A DNA stretch of 64,000 nt from assembly GCA_041838515.1 (NCBI GenBank), contig JBGYPP010000018.1, positions 25,034 through 89,033 of the forward strand, given 5' to 3'. Both the position numbers and the translations under genes were made by a program. Shown in pieces: positions 28,258 to 37,214 of this stretch (position 1 is the stretch's first letter; every line of letters starts with the position of its first letter). The notes under the pieces were generated by a model. It was not told the origin of the DNA. It did not search any database and worked only from the letters and a program-made list of their open reading frames with translations. This DNA is from Acetatifactor sp. GTDB taxonomy: Bacteria; Bacillota; Clostridia; Lachnospirales; Lachnospiraceae.

Positions 28258-29007
28258 CTAGGTCTGGGGCAGGCTTCCGGTTGGAGCGTGCCGGTAGTAG
28301 TTCTCCTCTATGACCTGCTGGACATAGCGGCCGGGCTGACGGCGCTGTTCCTTTTCCAAGCGTTCCAGATATATGGGTTGGCCGTAGACCAGTATGACCT
28401 TGGCCGGCCGCACCATGGGCATATGGTCCTCGAACATGGCATGGGAGCCTATGATGCTGATGGGTATGACAGGGACACGGGCCTTTTCGGCCATTTTGAA
28501 ACTGCCCTCATGAAAGGGCAGAAAATCCTGGCCGCTTTTGTTGCGGGTGCCCTCGGGGAAGATGCACATGGATATGCCCCTCTGGATCTGCTCGGCCCCA
28601 GTCAATATAGTGCGGAAGCCCTGCTTTACATCCTTGCGGTCCAGGAAGAGGCAGTATATGCCCCGCATCCAATCCCTGAGCAGAATATAGCGCAGCATCT
28701 CCTTTTTGGCCACATAACCGGTGATGGAGGGCATATGCACGCAAGTGAGGAGGATGTCAAAGTAGCTGCGGTGGTTGGCCACATAGAGCACGGATTCTCC
28801 CTGGGGCAGATGCTCCCTACCCTCTATAATCACCTCCACGCCACTGATCCGGAGTATGCAGCGGAAAGCCCATTGGACTATGGCAAAATAGGCCTTATCT
28901 CTCCAGCCGGGATTCCACAGGCCCACCAAGGGCAGCAAGAGCAGCAGGGGTATGCTCAAAAGCAGAAAGCTGCCCAGGAAAAGGGCGATGAGCAAAAAAC
29001 GTATCAT
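28258..29007 (-). CDS. plsC: 1-acyl-sn-glycerol-3-phosphate acyltransferase
   Basis: N-terminal TM, NHRSYFD (HX4D) and FPEGTR motifs. Confidence 0.9.
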   Translation of the reverse strand: MIRFLLIALFLGSFLLLSIPLLLLLPLVGLWNPGWRDKAYFAIVQWAFRCILRISGVEVIIEGREHLPQGESVLYVANHRSYFDILLTCVHMPSITGYVAKKEMLRYILLRDWMRGIYCLFLDRKDVKQGFRTILTGAEQIQRGISMCIFPEGTRNKSGQDFLPFHEGSFKMAEKARVPVIPISIIGSHAMFEDHMPMVRPAKVILVYGQPIYLERLEKEQRRQPGRYVQQVIEENYYRHAPTGSLPQT

Positions 29008-29193
29008 GGCCGGTCCTCTCTGTCAAAATGATTTCGTCAAAACTATACAAAAGCAAAAGGGAAAAAAACATATACTTGGCATTTTATCACAAATCTAAGG
29101 CCGGTGTCAAAGAGCATAAGCGCTGATAGAGTGAGAAAAATCCAGGGGAGTCAAATATGGCCAAGTAAAGAAGAAAAAAATTGTCTGAGCCTA

Positions 29194-29222
29194 TTGACAA
29201 GACCTGGATATGCTCCTATACT
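29194..29222 (+). promoter_or_regulatory. consensus-like promoter of the acpP-fab operon (TTGACA-17-TATACT)
   Basis: TTGACA at 29194-29199, 17-nt spacer, TATACT at 29217-29222. Confidence 0.6.
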
Positions 29223-29229
29223 AACCATG

Positions 29230-29248
29230 TATTTTGAATATCAAAATA
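29230..29248. promoter_or_regulatory. FabT-box-like palindrome TATTTTGA-ata-TCAAAATA immediately downstream of the -10
   Basis: Perfect 8+8 inverted repeat with a TTTGA/TCAAA core. A MarR/FabT-like repressor gene ends the same operon. Confidence 0.55.
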
Positions 29249-29305
29249 TTTGAAATCCATAAGAAATGGCATCCAGCCAGAAAAAACAAAAAAAGGAGAG
29301 TAGAA

Positions 29306-29539
29306 ATGCTGGAGAAAATCAAAGAGATCATGGGCGCGCAGTTGACGGTGGATGTTGCGGACATTACGGAGAAATCTTCCTTTAAGGATGATTTGGGTAT
29401 TGATTCTTTGGATTTGTTTGAGCTGATCATGGCTTTTGAGGAGGAGTACGGCATAGAGATCCCTGCCGAGGAGCTGGAGGAGATCAAGACCGTAGGTGAT
29501 ATGATGGCGTATTTGCAGAGCAAGGGCATAGAGGCCTAA
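29306..29539 (+). CDS. acpP: acyl carrier protein
   Basis: 77 aa with the DLGIDSLDLFELIMAFEEEYGIEI phosphopantetheine-site motif. AAAGGAGAG SD. Confidence 0.95.
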   Translation: MLEKIKEIMGAQLTVDVADITEKSSFKDDLGIDSLDLFELIMAFEEEYGIEIPAEELEEIKTVGDMMAYLQSKGIEA

Positions 29540-29718
29540 GCCCCGGGAGTCTGAAGCCATTTACAAAACGAAATGCTATAGGAAATGACATTGCCCGGGA
29601 GAGATAGCCCGGGCAAAATGCTATAAACCCCTGGTCTGGTTTCAGGGGGTGGGCAGGCAGCTTTGGATGTATACAGGAGGCAACCGGGGGAATATCCGGT
29701 TGGGAAAGGGCAAAACAA

Positions 29719-30666
29719 GTGGAGGGTCGGATTACACAGCTTTTGGGCATACAGTATCCCATTATCCAAGGCGGTATGGCCTGGGTGGCGGAGTACCATC
29801 TGGCAGCCGCCGTATCCAATGCCGGGGGCTTGGGCATTATAGGCGCGGCTTCGGCGCCGCCCTCCGTGGTGCAGGAGCAGATCCGGGAGGCTCGCCAGCT
29901 TACGGATAAGCCTTTTGGCGTAAATGTCATGCTGATGAACCCCAATGCGGCGGAGGTGGCCGAGTTGGTGGTCAAGGAGGGCGTGGGCGCTGTAACTACG
30001 GGAGCTGGCAATCCGGCCAAGTTCTTGCCCATGTGGAAGGAAGCTGGCGTCAAGGTCATACCGGTGGTGGCCAGCGTGGCCATGGCTAAGATGATGGAGA
30101 GGGCCGGGGCGGATGCCGTGGTGGTGGAAGGCATGGAGGCCGGCGGACATGTGGGCGCATTGACCACTATGGCCCTGCTGCCCCAGGTCTGTGATGCCGT
30201 GGACATACCGGTAATCGCCGCCGGCGGCATAGGTGACGGCCGTGGTATGGCCGCCGCCTTTATGCTGGGCGCCGAGGGAGTGCAGATAGGTACCCGTTTT
30301 TGCGTGGCCAGCGAGGCCATCACCCATGCCGCTTATAAGGAACGCATATGCAAGGCCAAGGATATTGACACGGTTTTGACAGGCATGAGCCACGGCCATC
30401 CCATTCGCTCCATACGCAACCAGATGACCAAGGAGTATCTGCGGCTGGAGCAGGAGGGGGCAGGTCTGGAGGAGCTGGAGAGGCTGACCTTGGGTTCCCT
30501 GCGCAAGGCGGTTATAGAGGGGGATGTGCAGGGCGGCACGGTGATGGCAGGGCAGATCTCCGGGCTGGTGGACAGGGTGCAGAGCTGCGCCGAGATAGTG
30601 GAAGAGATGATGGCCGGCTTTGGACGGGCCTTGGGCCGGGGTGCAGATCTGGCCGCCAGGCTCTAG
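29719..30666 (+). CDS. fabK: enoyl-[ACP] reductase FabK (FMN, nitronate monooxygenase fold)
   Basis: ITQLLGIQYPIIQGGMAWVA...NAGGLGIIG... and the fab operon context. Confidence 0.85.
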   Translation: MEGRITQLLGIQYPIIQGGMAWVAEYHLAAAVSNAGGLGIIGAASAPPSVVQEQIREARQLTDKPFGVNVMLMNPNAAEVAELVVKEGVGAVTTGAGNPAKFLPMWKEAGVKVIPVVASVAMAKMMERAGADAVVVEGMEAGGHVGALTTMALLPQVCDAVDIPVIAAGGIGDGRGMAAAFMLGAEGVQIGTRFCVASEAITHAAYKERICKAKDIDTVLTGMSHGHPIRSIRNQMTKEYLRLEQEGAGLEELERLTLGSLRKAVIEGDVQGGTVMAGQISGLVDRVQSCAEIVEEMMAGFGRALGRGADLAARL

Positions 30667-30717
30667 GGTTCGGTTCTTTTGGCGGCGGCAGGCCGCCATG
30701 TCTATAGAGGAGGGGAG

Positions 30718-31644
30718 ATGGCAAAGAAAATAGGGTTTTTGTTTCCCGGCCAAGGGGCGCAGGTGGCTGGTATGGGCAAGGATTTTTACGATGCCTTTGC
30801 CTCCAGCCGAGAGGTATATGCCAAGGCTTCCCAGGCCGGAGGCATGGATGTAGAGGCCATATGCTTTGGCGAGGATGCCCGGCTGCATATCACGGAGTAT
30901 ACCCAGTTGGCCATGCTGGCCACTGAGGCGGCTATATTGGAGGCTGTGCGGGAGTTGGGCATAGCGCCTGCGGCTGCAGCCGGACTGAGTCTGGGAGAGT
31001 ACGGAGCGCTTCTGGCCAGCGGCGCCATAGGTCAGGAGGATGCCTTTATGGTCATACGCCATAGGGGCAAATTGATGCAGGATGCCTATCCGGTGGGCGG
31101 CGCCATGAGCGCGGTTCTGGGGCTGTCCAATGCCCAGGTGGAGGAAGTGGTGGGCGGTCTGGCCAAGCAGGCCTGGGTGGCCAACTACAACTGCCCCGGC
31201 CAGGTGGTGATTACCGGCACCCAGGAGGATGTGGAGGAGGCCGGCGCTGCGCTGAAAGCGGCTGGAGCCAAGGCGGTAAAACCGCTAAAGGTCAGCGGCC
31301 CTTTTCACTCCCCCCTGCTGCAGCAGGCAGCACAGCAATTGGGAGAGGTATTGGCGGGCGTGGAACTGTCGGATATGCAGATTCCGTATCTGACCAATGT
31401 GACCGGGGAGTATGTGACAGATGTATCCCAAATTAAGGATTTGCTGGTGCGGCAGGTACAGTCCTCCGTTCGCTGGCAGCAGTGTATGGAGCGTATGTTG
31501 GCGGATGGCATTGACACCTTTGTGGAGATAGGCCCGGGCAAGACGCTGGCCGGATTTGCCAAGCGCATCAACAAGGATGCCGTAGTGCATACTGTGGAAA
31601 CCGTGGCGGATTTGGAGAAATTGAAGGAGGCCGGATTATGCTAA
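30718..31644 (+). CDS. fabD: malonyl CoA-ACP transacylase
   Basis: FLFPGQGAQ and GLSLGEY active-site motifs. Confidence 0.95.
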   Translation: MAKKIGFLFPGQGAQVAGMGKDFYDAFASSREVYAKASQAGGMDVEAICFGEDARLHITEYTQLAMLATEAAILEAVRELGIAPAAAAGLSLGEYGALLASGAIGQEDAFMVIRHRGKLMQDAYPVGGAMSAVLGLSNAQVEEVVGGLAKQAWVANYNCPGQVVITGTQEDVEEAGAALKAAGAKAVKPLKVSGPFHSPLLQQAAQQLGEVLAGVELSDMQIPYLTNVTGEYVTDVSQIKDLLVRQVQSSVRWQQCMERMLADGIDTFVEIGPGKTLAGFAKRINKDAVVHTVETVADLEKLKEAGLC

Positions 31645-32378
31645 AGGGAAAGGTGGCCCTGGTTACCGGCGGCAGCCGGGGTATAGGCCGGGAGATCTGT
31701 CTGGCCTTTGGCGCCCAGGGAGCCAAGGTGGCTGTCAACTATCAGGGCAATGCCCAGGCGGCCCAGGAGGTGGCGGATGCCATCTGCCAGGCCGGAGGGG
31801 AGGCTGTGGCCATAGGCTGCGCTGTGCAGGATTCGGCGGCTGTGGAGGCCATGGTGGCCCAGGTGCTGGAGCGTTTTGGCCGTCTGGATATATTGGTCAA
31901 CAATGCGGGGATCACCCGGGACAATCTGATGCTCAAGATCACGGATCAGGATCTGGACAGTGTGCTGGATGTCAATCTCAAGGGCGCTTTCTATACTATA
32001 CGCCATGCCTATAAAGCCTTTATGAAGCAGAGGAGCGGGAGAATAATCAATATCTCCTCTGTGACAGCCCTGCTGGGCAATGGGGGGCAGACCAATTACA
32101 CGGCTTCCAAGGCCGGATTGATAGGTCTGACCAAGAGCATAGCAAGGGAGCTGGCGGCCAGGGGAGTGACAGCCAATGCCATAGCGCCGGGATTTATAGA
32201 AACGGATATGACCTCTGCACTGCCCCAGGCGGCCCGGGAGGCCATACTGTCCCAGGTGCCTCTAAAGCGCATGGGCAGTCCTAAAGAGGTGGCGGATCTG
32301 GCCGTATTCCTGGCTTCTGATCAGGCGGCGTATATCACTGGACAGGTAATTAGCGTAGACGGGGGCATGCATATGTAG
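31638..32378 (+). CDS. fabG: 3-oxoacyl-[ACP] reductase
   Basis: SDR motifs [19 protein letters not shown]. Overlaps the fabD stop. Confidence 0.95.
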   Translation: MLKGKVALVTGGSRGIGREICLAFGAQGAKVAVNYQGNAQAAQEVADAICQAGGEAVAIGCAVQDSAAVEAMVAQVLERFGRLDILVNNAGITRDNLMLKITDQDLDSVLDVNLKGAFYTIRHAYKAFMKQRSGRIINISSVTALLGNGGQTNYTASKAGLIGLTKSIARELAARGVTANAIAPGFIETDMTSALPQAAREAILSQVPLKRMGSPKEVADLAVFLASDQAAYITGQVISVDGGMHM

Positions 32379-32426
32379 CCTTGCCGGCCCATGGGCGGAC
32401 ATAGGCGCAGAGAGAGGGTTGCAAAT

Positions 32427-33659
32427 ATGAAAAGGCGAGTTGTGGTAACCGGTATGGGAGTGGTTAGCCCTATAGGCACGGGCTTGGCCAAGTTTTGGTC
32501 TTCTATACGTGAGGGGCGTATAGGGTTTGCGCCTATAGAGTATTTTGATGCTTCTGATTTCAAGGCCAAGGTGGCGGCCCAGGTCAAGGATTTTGTGGCT
32601 GGGGATTTTATGGATCCCAAGGCGGCCAGGCGCATGGAGCTGTTTTGCCAATTCGCCGTGGCGGCATCTAAGGAGGCCATGGAGGATGCCGGCCTGGATA
32701 TGTCCAAGGAGGATCCCTTCCGGGTGGGAGTATCCATAGGCTCCGGCGTGGGCTCCCTGCAAACGGTGGAGAGGGAGCATGCCAAGCTCCTGGCTAAGGG
32801 GCCGGGCAAGGTGGGACCTATGATGGTGCCGCTGATGATAGGCAATATGGCTGCCGGAAATGTGTCCATACAGCTGGGCCTGCGGGGCAAGAATATCAAT
32901 GTGTGCACGGCCTGCGCCACTGGCACCAACTCCATAGGCGAGGCCATGCGTTCCATACAGTACGGGGAGGCGGAGGTCATGCTGGCCGGAGGCGCGGAGG
33001 CCTCTATTACGCCCATATCCATGGCGGGATTTTCGGCGCTGACGGCCCTGTCCACAGTGGAGGATCCAAAGGCCTGCTCCCTGCCCTTTGACAAGAACCG
33101 CAGCGGTTTTGTCATGGGTGAGGGCGCCGGCGTGCTGGTGCTGGAGGAGAGGGAGAGGGCCATAGCCCGCGGGGCAAAGATTTACGGCGAAGTGGCCGGC
33201 TACGGCGCCACTGCCGATGCCTACCACATCACCTCACCGGCAGAGGACGGCTCCGGCGCGGCCAAGGCCATGGAGTACGCTATAGCCGATGGAGGCATAT
33301 CCAAGGAGCAGGTGGATTATATCAATGCCCATGGAACGGCCACGCCCTTGAACGATTTGTTTGAAACCAGAGCTATCAAACTGTTGTTCGGAGATCATGC
33401 ATATAAACTAAAGGTCAATTCTACCAAGTCCATGGTGGGGCATCTGTTGGGCGCGGCCGGTGCGGTGGAGGCCATAGCTGCGCTGAAATCCCTGGAGGAG
33501 GGTTATATACATGCCACCGTGGGATACCAGACCCCGGATGAGGAGCTGGATCTGGATTATTGCAAAGAGGCGGTGGAAATGCCCATACGCTACGCCCTGT
33601 CCAACTCCCTGGGCTTTGGCGGGCATAATGCCAGCCTGCTCTTTGCCAAGGCGGATTAG
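32427..33659 (+). CDS. fabF: 3-oxoacyl-[ACP] synthase II
   Basis: RRVVVTGMGVVSPIG, active-site CTACATG, HGTATPLND, GHLLGAAG, NSLGFGGHN. Confidence 0.95.
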   Translation: MKRRVVVTGMGVVSPIGTGLAKFWSSIREGRIGFAPIEYFDASDFKAKVAAQVKDFVAGDFMDPKAARRMELFCQFAVAASKEAMEDAGLDMSKEDPFRVGVSIGSGVGSLQTVEREHAKLLAKGPGKVGPMMVPLMIGNMAAGNVSIQLGLRGKNINVCTACATGTNSIGEAMRSIQYGEAEVMLAGGAEASITPISMAGFSALTALSTVEDPKACSLPFDKNRSGFVMGEGAGVLVLEERERAIARGAKIYGEVAGYGATADAYHITSPAEDGSGAAKAMEYAIADGGISKEQVDYINAHGTATPLNDLFETRAIKLLFGDHAYKLKVNSTKSMVGHLLGAAGAVEAIAALKSLEEGYIHATVGYQTPDEELDLDYCKEAVEMPIRYALSNSLGFGGHNASLLFAKAD

Positions 33660-33662
33660 GAG

Positions 33663-34103
33663 GTGGACATGGCCAAGCTGGGCATACAAGAGATCAAGAA
33701 TATCATACCCCATAGGTATCCTTTTTTGCTCATCGATGCCATAGAGGAGCTGGAGGAGGGAAAGCGGGCTGTGGGCATTAAATGTGTGACGGTGAACGAA
33801 CCCTTTTTTCAGGGGCATTTTCCCTCGGAGCCTGTCATGCCCGGCGTGCTGATCATAGAGGCTCTGGCGCAGGTGGGGGCGGTGGCCCTATTATCCCAGC
33901 CCCAATATGCCGGGGGCACGGCGTATTTTGCCGGCATATCCAATGCCCGATTTAAGCGTAAGGTGGTGCCAGGGGATGTCCTGCGGCTGGAAACCGAGCT
34001 GACCAAGATCAAGGGGCCTATGGGCATAGGTGTGGCCAAGGCCTATGTGGGGGAGGCTTTGGCGGCCAGCGCGGAGTTGACCTTTGCCATAGGCCGGGCC
34101 TAG
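33663..34103 (+). CDS. fabZ: 3-hydroxyacyl-[ACP] dehydratase
   Basis: [11 protein letters not shown]...[21 protein letters not shown] motif. Confidence 0.95.
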   Translation: MDMAKLGIQEIKNIIPHRYPFLLIDAIEELEEGKRAVGIKCVTVNEPFFQGHFPSEPVMPGVLIIEALAQVGAVALLSQPQYAGGTAYFAGISNARFKRKVVPGDVLRLETELTKIKGPMGIGVAKAYVGEALAASAELTFAIGRA

Positions 34104-34122
34104 GACGGAAAGGGGTCGAGAT

Positions 34123-35100
34123 ATGAGCAAAAGGTGCAAAATCATAGGCACGGGCAGCTATTTGCCCAGCCGCGCCATTACCAATGACCAGCTCTCTGCG
34201 GTGGTGGACACCTCGGATGAGTGGATACGCTCCCGTACCGGCATAGGCCAGAGGCATTTGGTGGGGGAGGGGGAGGGTACCTCCCAGATGTGCCTGGAAG
34301 CGGCCAAATTGGCACTGGAGGATGCGGGTCTGGAGGCCAAGGATTTGGATCTGATCCTGGTGGGCACGGTTACGGCAGACACGCTGACCCCCTCTGCCGC
34401 CTGCATATTGCAGGGGGCCTTGGGCGCAGAGAGGGCCATGGCCTTTGATTTGAATGCGGCCTGCGCAGGATTTCTCTATGCTCTGTATACAGTAGAGGCG
34501 TACATACGCGCGGGTTTTGTGAAAAACGCTCTGATCGTAGGGGCGGAAACTCTCTCCCGCATTATGGACTGGGAGGATAGAAGCACCTGCGTGCTCTTTG
34601 GTGACGGAGCCGGCGCGGCCGTGGTCAGCGCCGCTGAGGAGGGGGGGCTGCTCTTTGCCTCTATGGGATCAGATGGCAGCCGCAATGAGGCCATATGCTG
34701 TTACAGCCGCAGGAACGGACATCCCTTTGTAGAGGTATCCGGAGAGGGACAGGGGTATCTGCATATGGACGGCCAGGGCGTGTACAAATTCGCCGTGTCC
34801 ACCGTGCCTGCCAATATACTGGAGGTGCTGGATCAGGCCGGACTGGAGCCGGGGGATGTGGATCACTATATATTGCACCAGGCCAATCTGCGCATATTGC
34901 AGGCTGTGGCCAAGAGGCTGGATCTCTCCCTGGATAAATTCCCTATCAGCTTGGACAGGGTGGGAAATGTATCGGCGGCCAGCATACCCATATTGCTGGA
35001 TGAGTTACACAGGCAGGGCAGGCTGCAGAGAGGTCAGAAGTTGATACTCTCCGGCTTTGGCGCCGGCCTGGTTTGGGGCAGCGCGTTGTTGGAATGGTAA
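34123..35100 (+). CDS. fabH: 3-oxoacyl-[ACP] synthase III
   Basis: TSDEWIRSRTGI, NAACAGF active-site Cys region, HQAN, GFGAGL. Confidence 0.95.
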   Translation: MSKRCKIIGTGSYLPSRAITNDQLSAVVDTSDEWIRSRTGIGQRHLVGEGEGTSQMCLEAAKLALEDAGLEAKDLDLILVGTVTADTLTPSAACILQGALGAERAMAFDLNAACAGFLYALYTVEAYIRAGFVKNALIVGAETLSRIMDWEDRSTCVLFGDGAGAAVVSAAEEGGLLFASMGSDGSRNEAICCYSRRNGHPFVEVSGEGQGYLHMDGQGVYKFAVSTVPANILEVLDQAGLEPGDVDHYILHQANLRILQAVAKRLDLSLDKFPISLDRVGNVSAASIPILLDELHRQGRLQRGQKLILSGFGAGLVWGSALLEW

Positions 35101-35122
35101 GAACACCCGGGAAAGGAGCGCC

Positions 35123-35557
35123 ATGGAAATTCGGACAGCATTGAATGAAATATTGGTGGGCCTTTTCCGGGATATTTCTTCTATAGAAGAAAAGGCGATA
35201 AAACGGGGGGAACACGCCGATCTCTCCCTCAATGATATGCATGTTATAGAGGCCATAGACACGGGTGAGGCCAAGAATATGAGCTCTGTGGCCAAGAGTT
35301 TGCAGGTCACCACCGGCACTCTGACAATATCGGTCAACGGCCTGGTGAAGAAGGGATATGTACAGCGCATACGTTCCGAGCTGGATAGGCGGGTAGTGCT
35401 GGTTTCCCTGACGGAGAAGGGCAGAAAAGCCCATGCCAGGCACCAGGCCTTTCATCGGCAGATGGTGGGGGCCGTCCTGCAGGGGCTGAATCAGACGGAG
35501 CAGACGATACTTGCCAGGGCCTTGGAAAATTTATACGGCTACTTTCGCACATGGTAG
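35123..35557 (+). CDS. MarR family transcriptional regulator, FabT-like by position
   Basis: About 144-aa winged-helix MarR (LSLNDMHVIEAI...TGTLTISVNGLVKKGYV.R...DRR). It is the last gene of the fab operon, and a FabT-box-like site sits at the operon promoter. Confidence 0.7.
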   Translation: MEIRTALNEILVGLFRDISSIEEKAIKRGEHADLSLNDMHVIEAIDTGEAKNMSSVAKSLQVTTGTLTISVNGLVKKGYVQRIRSELDRRVVLVSLTEKGRKAHARHQAFHRQMVGAVLQGLNQTEQTILARALENLYGYFRTW

Positions 35558-35590
35558 GGCGCGGGGCCTAGAGCTGCCGCGCTTTTTTTT
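35558..35590 (+). terminator. intrinsic terminator of the fab operon
   Basis: gcgcgg...ccgcgc stem followed by T8. Confidence 0.8.
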
Positions 35591-35610
35591 GAGTACAATC
35601 CGCAGAACTA

Positions 35611-35639
35611 TTGCAATTTTGGAAAAAGTCTTATATACT
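35611..35639 (+). promoter_or_regulatory. candidate promoter of pntA (TTGCAA-17-TATACT)
   Basis: Hexamers read directly. Followed by the palindrome cctagta-ttt-tactagg at 35656-35672. Confidence 0.45.
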
Positions 35640-35699
35640 ACAAAAAATATAAAATCCTAGTATTTTACTAGGAAAAGAGAGAAAGGATATGGGAGGTCT

Positions 35700-36824
35700 A
35701 TGAGGCGAGTATTGGTGTGCAGGGAAGAGGATAGATTGGAAACCAGGGTGGCCATGGTGCCGGAAGATATCAAGAAGATGTCCGCCCTGGGATTTTCCTT
35801 TGTGGTGGTCAGAGGGGCTGGGGAAAAGGCCGGATTTTCTGATGGGGAATATGAAAAGGCGGGGGCGGCATTGGCGGCCTCCAATGAGGAGGCATATGCC
35901 GGGTCGGAGATCGTAGTCCGCATAGGCAAGCCAGATTCAGCCCGGGGGCTGCCGGCCCAGGCGCTGCATATCAGCTATATGGATCCTTTCCGGGAAAAGA
36001 CGCTGCTGGAGGATTTTGCCCAGGCGGGCATTTCTGCCATATCCTTGGAAATGATACCCCGCACTACGCTGGCGCAGAAGATGGATGTGCAGTCCTCTCA
36101 GACCTCCCTGGCTGGGTATGTGGCTGTTCTGCATGCGGCGGCCAGACTGCCCAAGATTTTTCCCATGATGATGACTCCGGCCGGAACCATTTCTCCGGCT
36201 AAGGTCTTTGTCATAGGTGTGGGCGTGGCCGGACTTCAGGCCATAGCCACGGCCAAGAGGCTGGGCGCCCAGGTATCGGCCTTTGACACCCGCCCCGTGG
36301 TGGAGGAGCAGGTGCGCTCTCTGGGGGCAAATTTTGTCAAGATTGATCTGGGAGAGATGGGGCAGACGGCCCAGGGATATGCAAAGGAGCTGACTCCGGA
36401 GCAGATAGCCAAGCAGCAGGAGGCTCAGGCCAAGGTGTGTGAGAAATCCCATGTGGTCATCACCACGGCCAAGGTCTTTGGGCGGCCTGCACCCAGACTG
36501 TTGACTGCGGAGGTGCTGGACCGTATGCAGCCCGGCAGCGTGGTGGTGGATATGGCCGTGTCCACCGGGGGCAATGTAGAGGGATCCAAATTGTTCGAGG
36601 AGGTAATCCGGGACAATGGCGTGATCATACTCTCGGGAGATTTGCTGGAGAGGCGGGTGCCCTATGATGCCTCCCGTATGCTCTCCGGCAATATCAGCGC
36701 GTTTTTGGGGCATTTCACCAAGGAGGGGCAATTGGCGCTGGACAGGCAGGATGAGATCATGGCAGGCTGTCTGCTGACCCATGGCGGGGCGGTTGTACAC
36801 CCGGCATTTGCGGACAAGGCCTGA
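35700..36824 (+). CDS. pntA: NAD(P) transhydrogenase subunit alpha part 1
   Basis: Alanine-dehydrogenase/PNT fold with Rossmann VFVIGVGVAGLQAIATAKRLGA. Followed by the small membrane alpha-2 and beta subunits. Confidence 0.9.
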   Translation: MRRVLVCREEDRLETRVAMVPEDIKKMSALGFSFVVVRGAGEKAGFSDGEYEKAGAALAASNEEAYAGSEIVVRIGKPDSARGLPAQALHISYMDPFREKTLLEDFAQAGISAISLEMIPRTTLAQKMDVQSSQTSLAGYVAVLHAAARLPKIFPMMMTPAGTISPAKVFVIGVGVAGLQAIATAKRLGAQVSAFDTRPVVEEQVRSLGANFVKIDLGEMGQTAQGYAKELTPEQIAKQQEAQAKVCEKSHVVITTAKVFGRPAPRLLTAEVLDRMQPGSVVVDMAVSTGGNVEGSKLFEEVIRDNGVIILSGDLLERRVPYDASRMLSGNISAFLGHFTKEGQLALDRQDEIMAGCLLTHGGAVVHPAFADKA

Positions 36825-36863
36825 TGGTCTGAGGATAGAGTGTTTAGGAGAGAGGAGTTTCTT

Positions 36864-37154
36864 ATGGGTATGTTGATTTTTGTCTTTGTATTGGCGGCAT
36901 TTTTGGGCGTGGAGCTGATATCCAAGGTGCCCTCCCAGCTGCATACGCCACTGATGAGCGGCACCAATGCCATCTCCGGCATTACCATAGTGGGGGCCAT
37001 GGCCGTCACCGCTGTCAGCGTGGGAGATACGCTGGGCCTGATATTGGGTTTTTTGGCCATAGTGCTGGCCGCCATCAATGTGGTGGGCGGTTATTTGGTG
37101 ACAGACCGTATGCTGGGTATGTTTAAGAAGAAAGATAGCAACAAGAAGCCCTAG
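36864..37154 (+). CDS. NAD(P) transhydrogenase subunit alpha part 2 (membrane)
   Basis: About 96 aa with 3 TM. LHTPLMSGTNAISGI motif. Confidence 0.85.
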   Translation: MGMLIFVFVLAAFLGVELISKVPSQLHTPLMSGTNAISGITIVGAMAVTAVSVGDTLGLILGFLAIVLAAINVVGGYLVTDRMLGMFKKKDSNKKP

Positions 37155-37214
37155 GCTGGGGTGCTGCTGGCAGATAAAATTTGGCCGCCCTGTGCGGCAC
37201 AGATGGGAGCGAAT

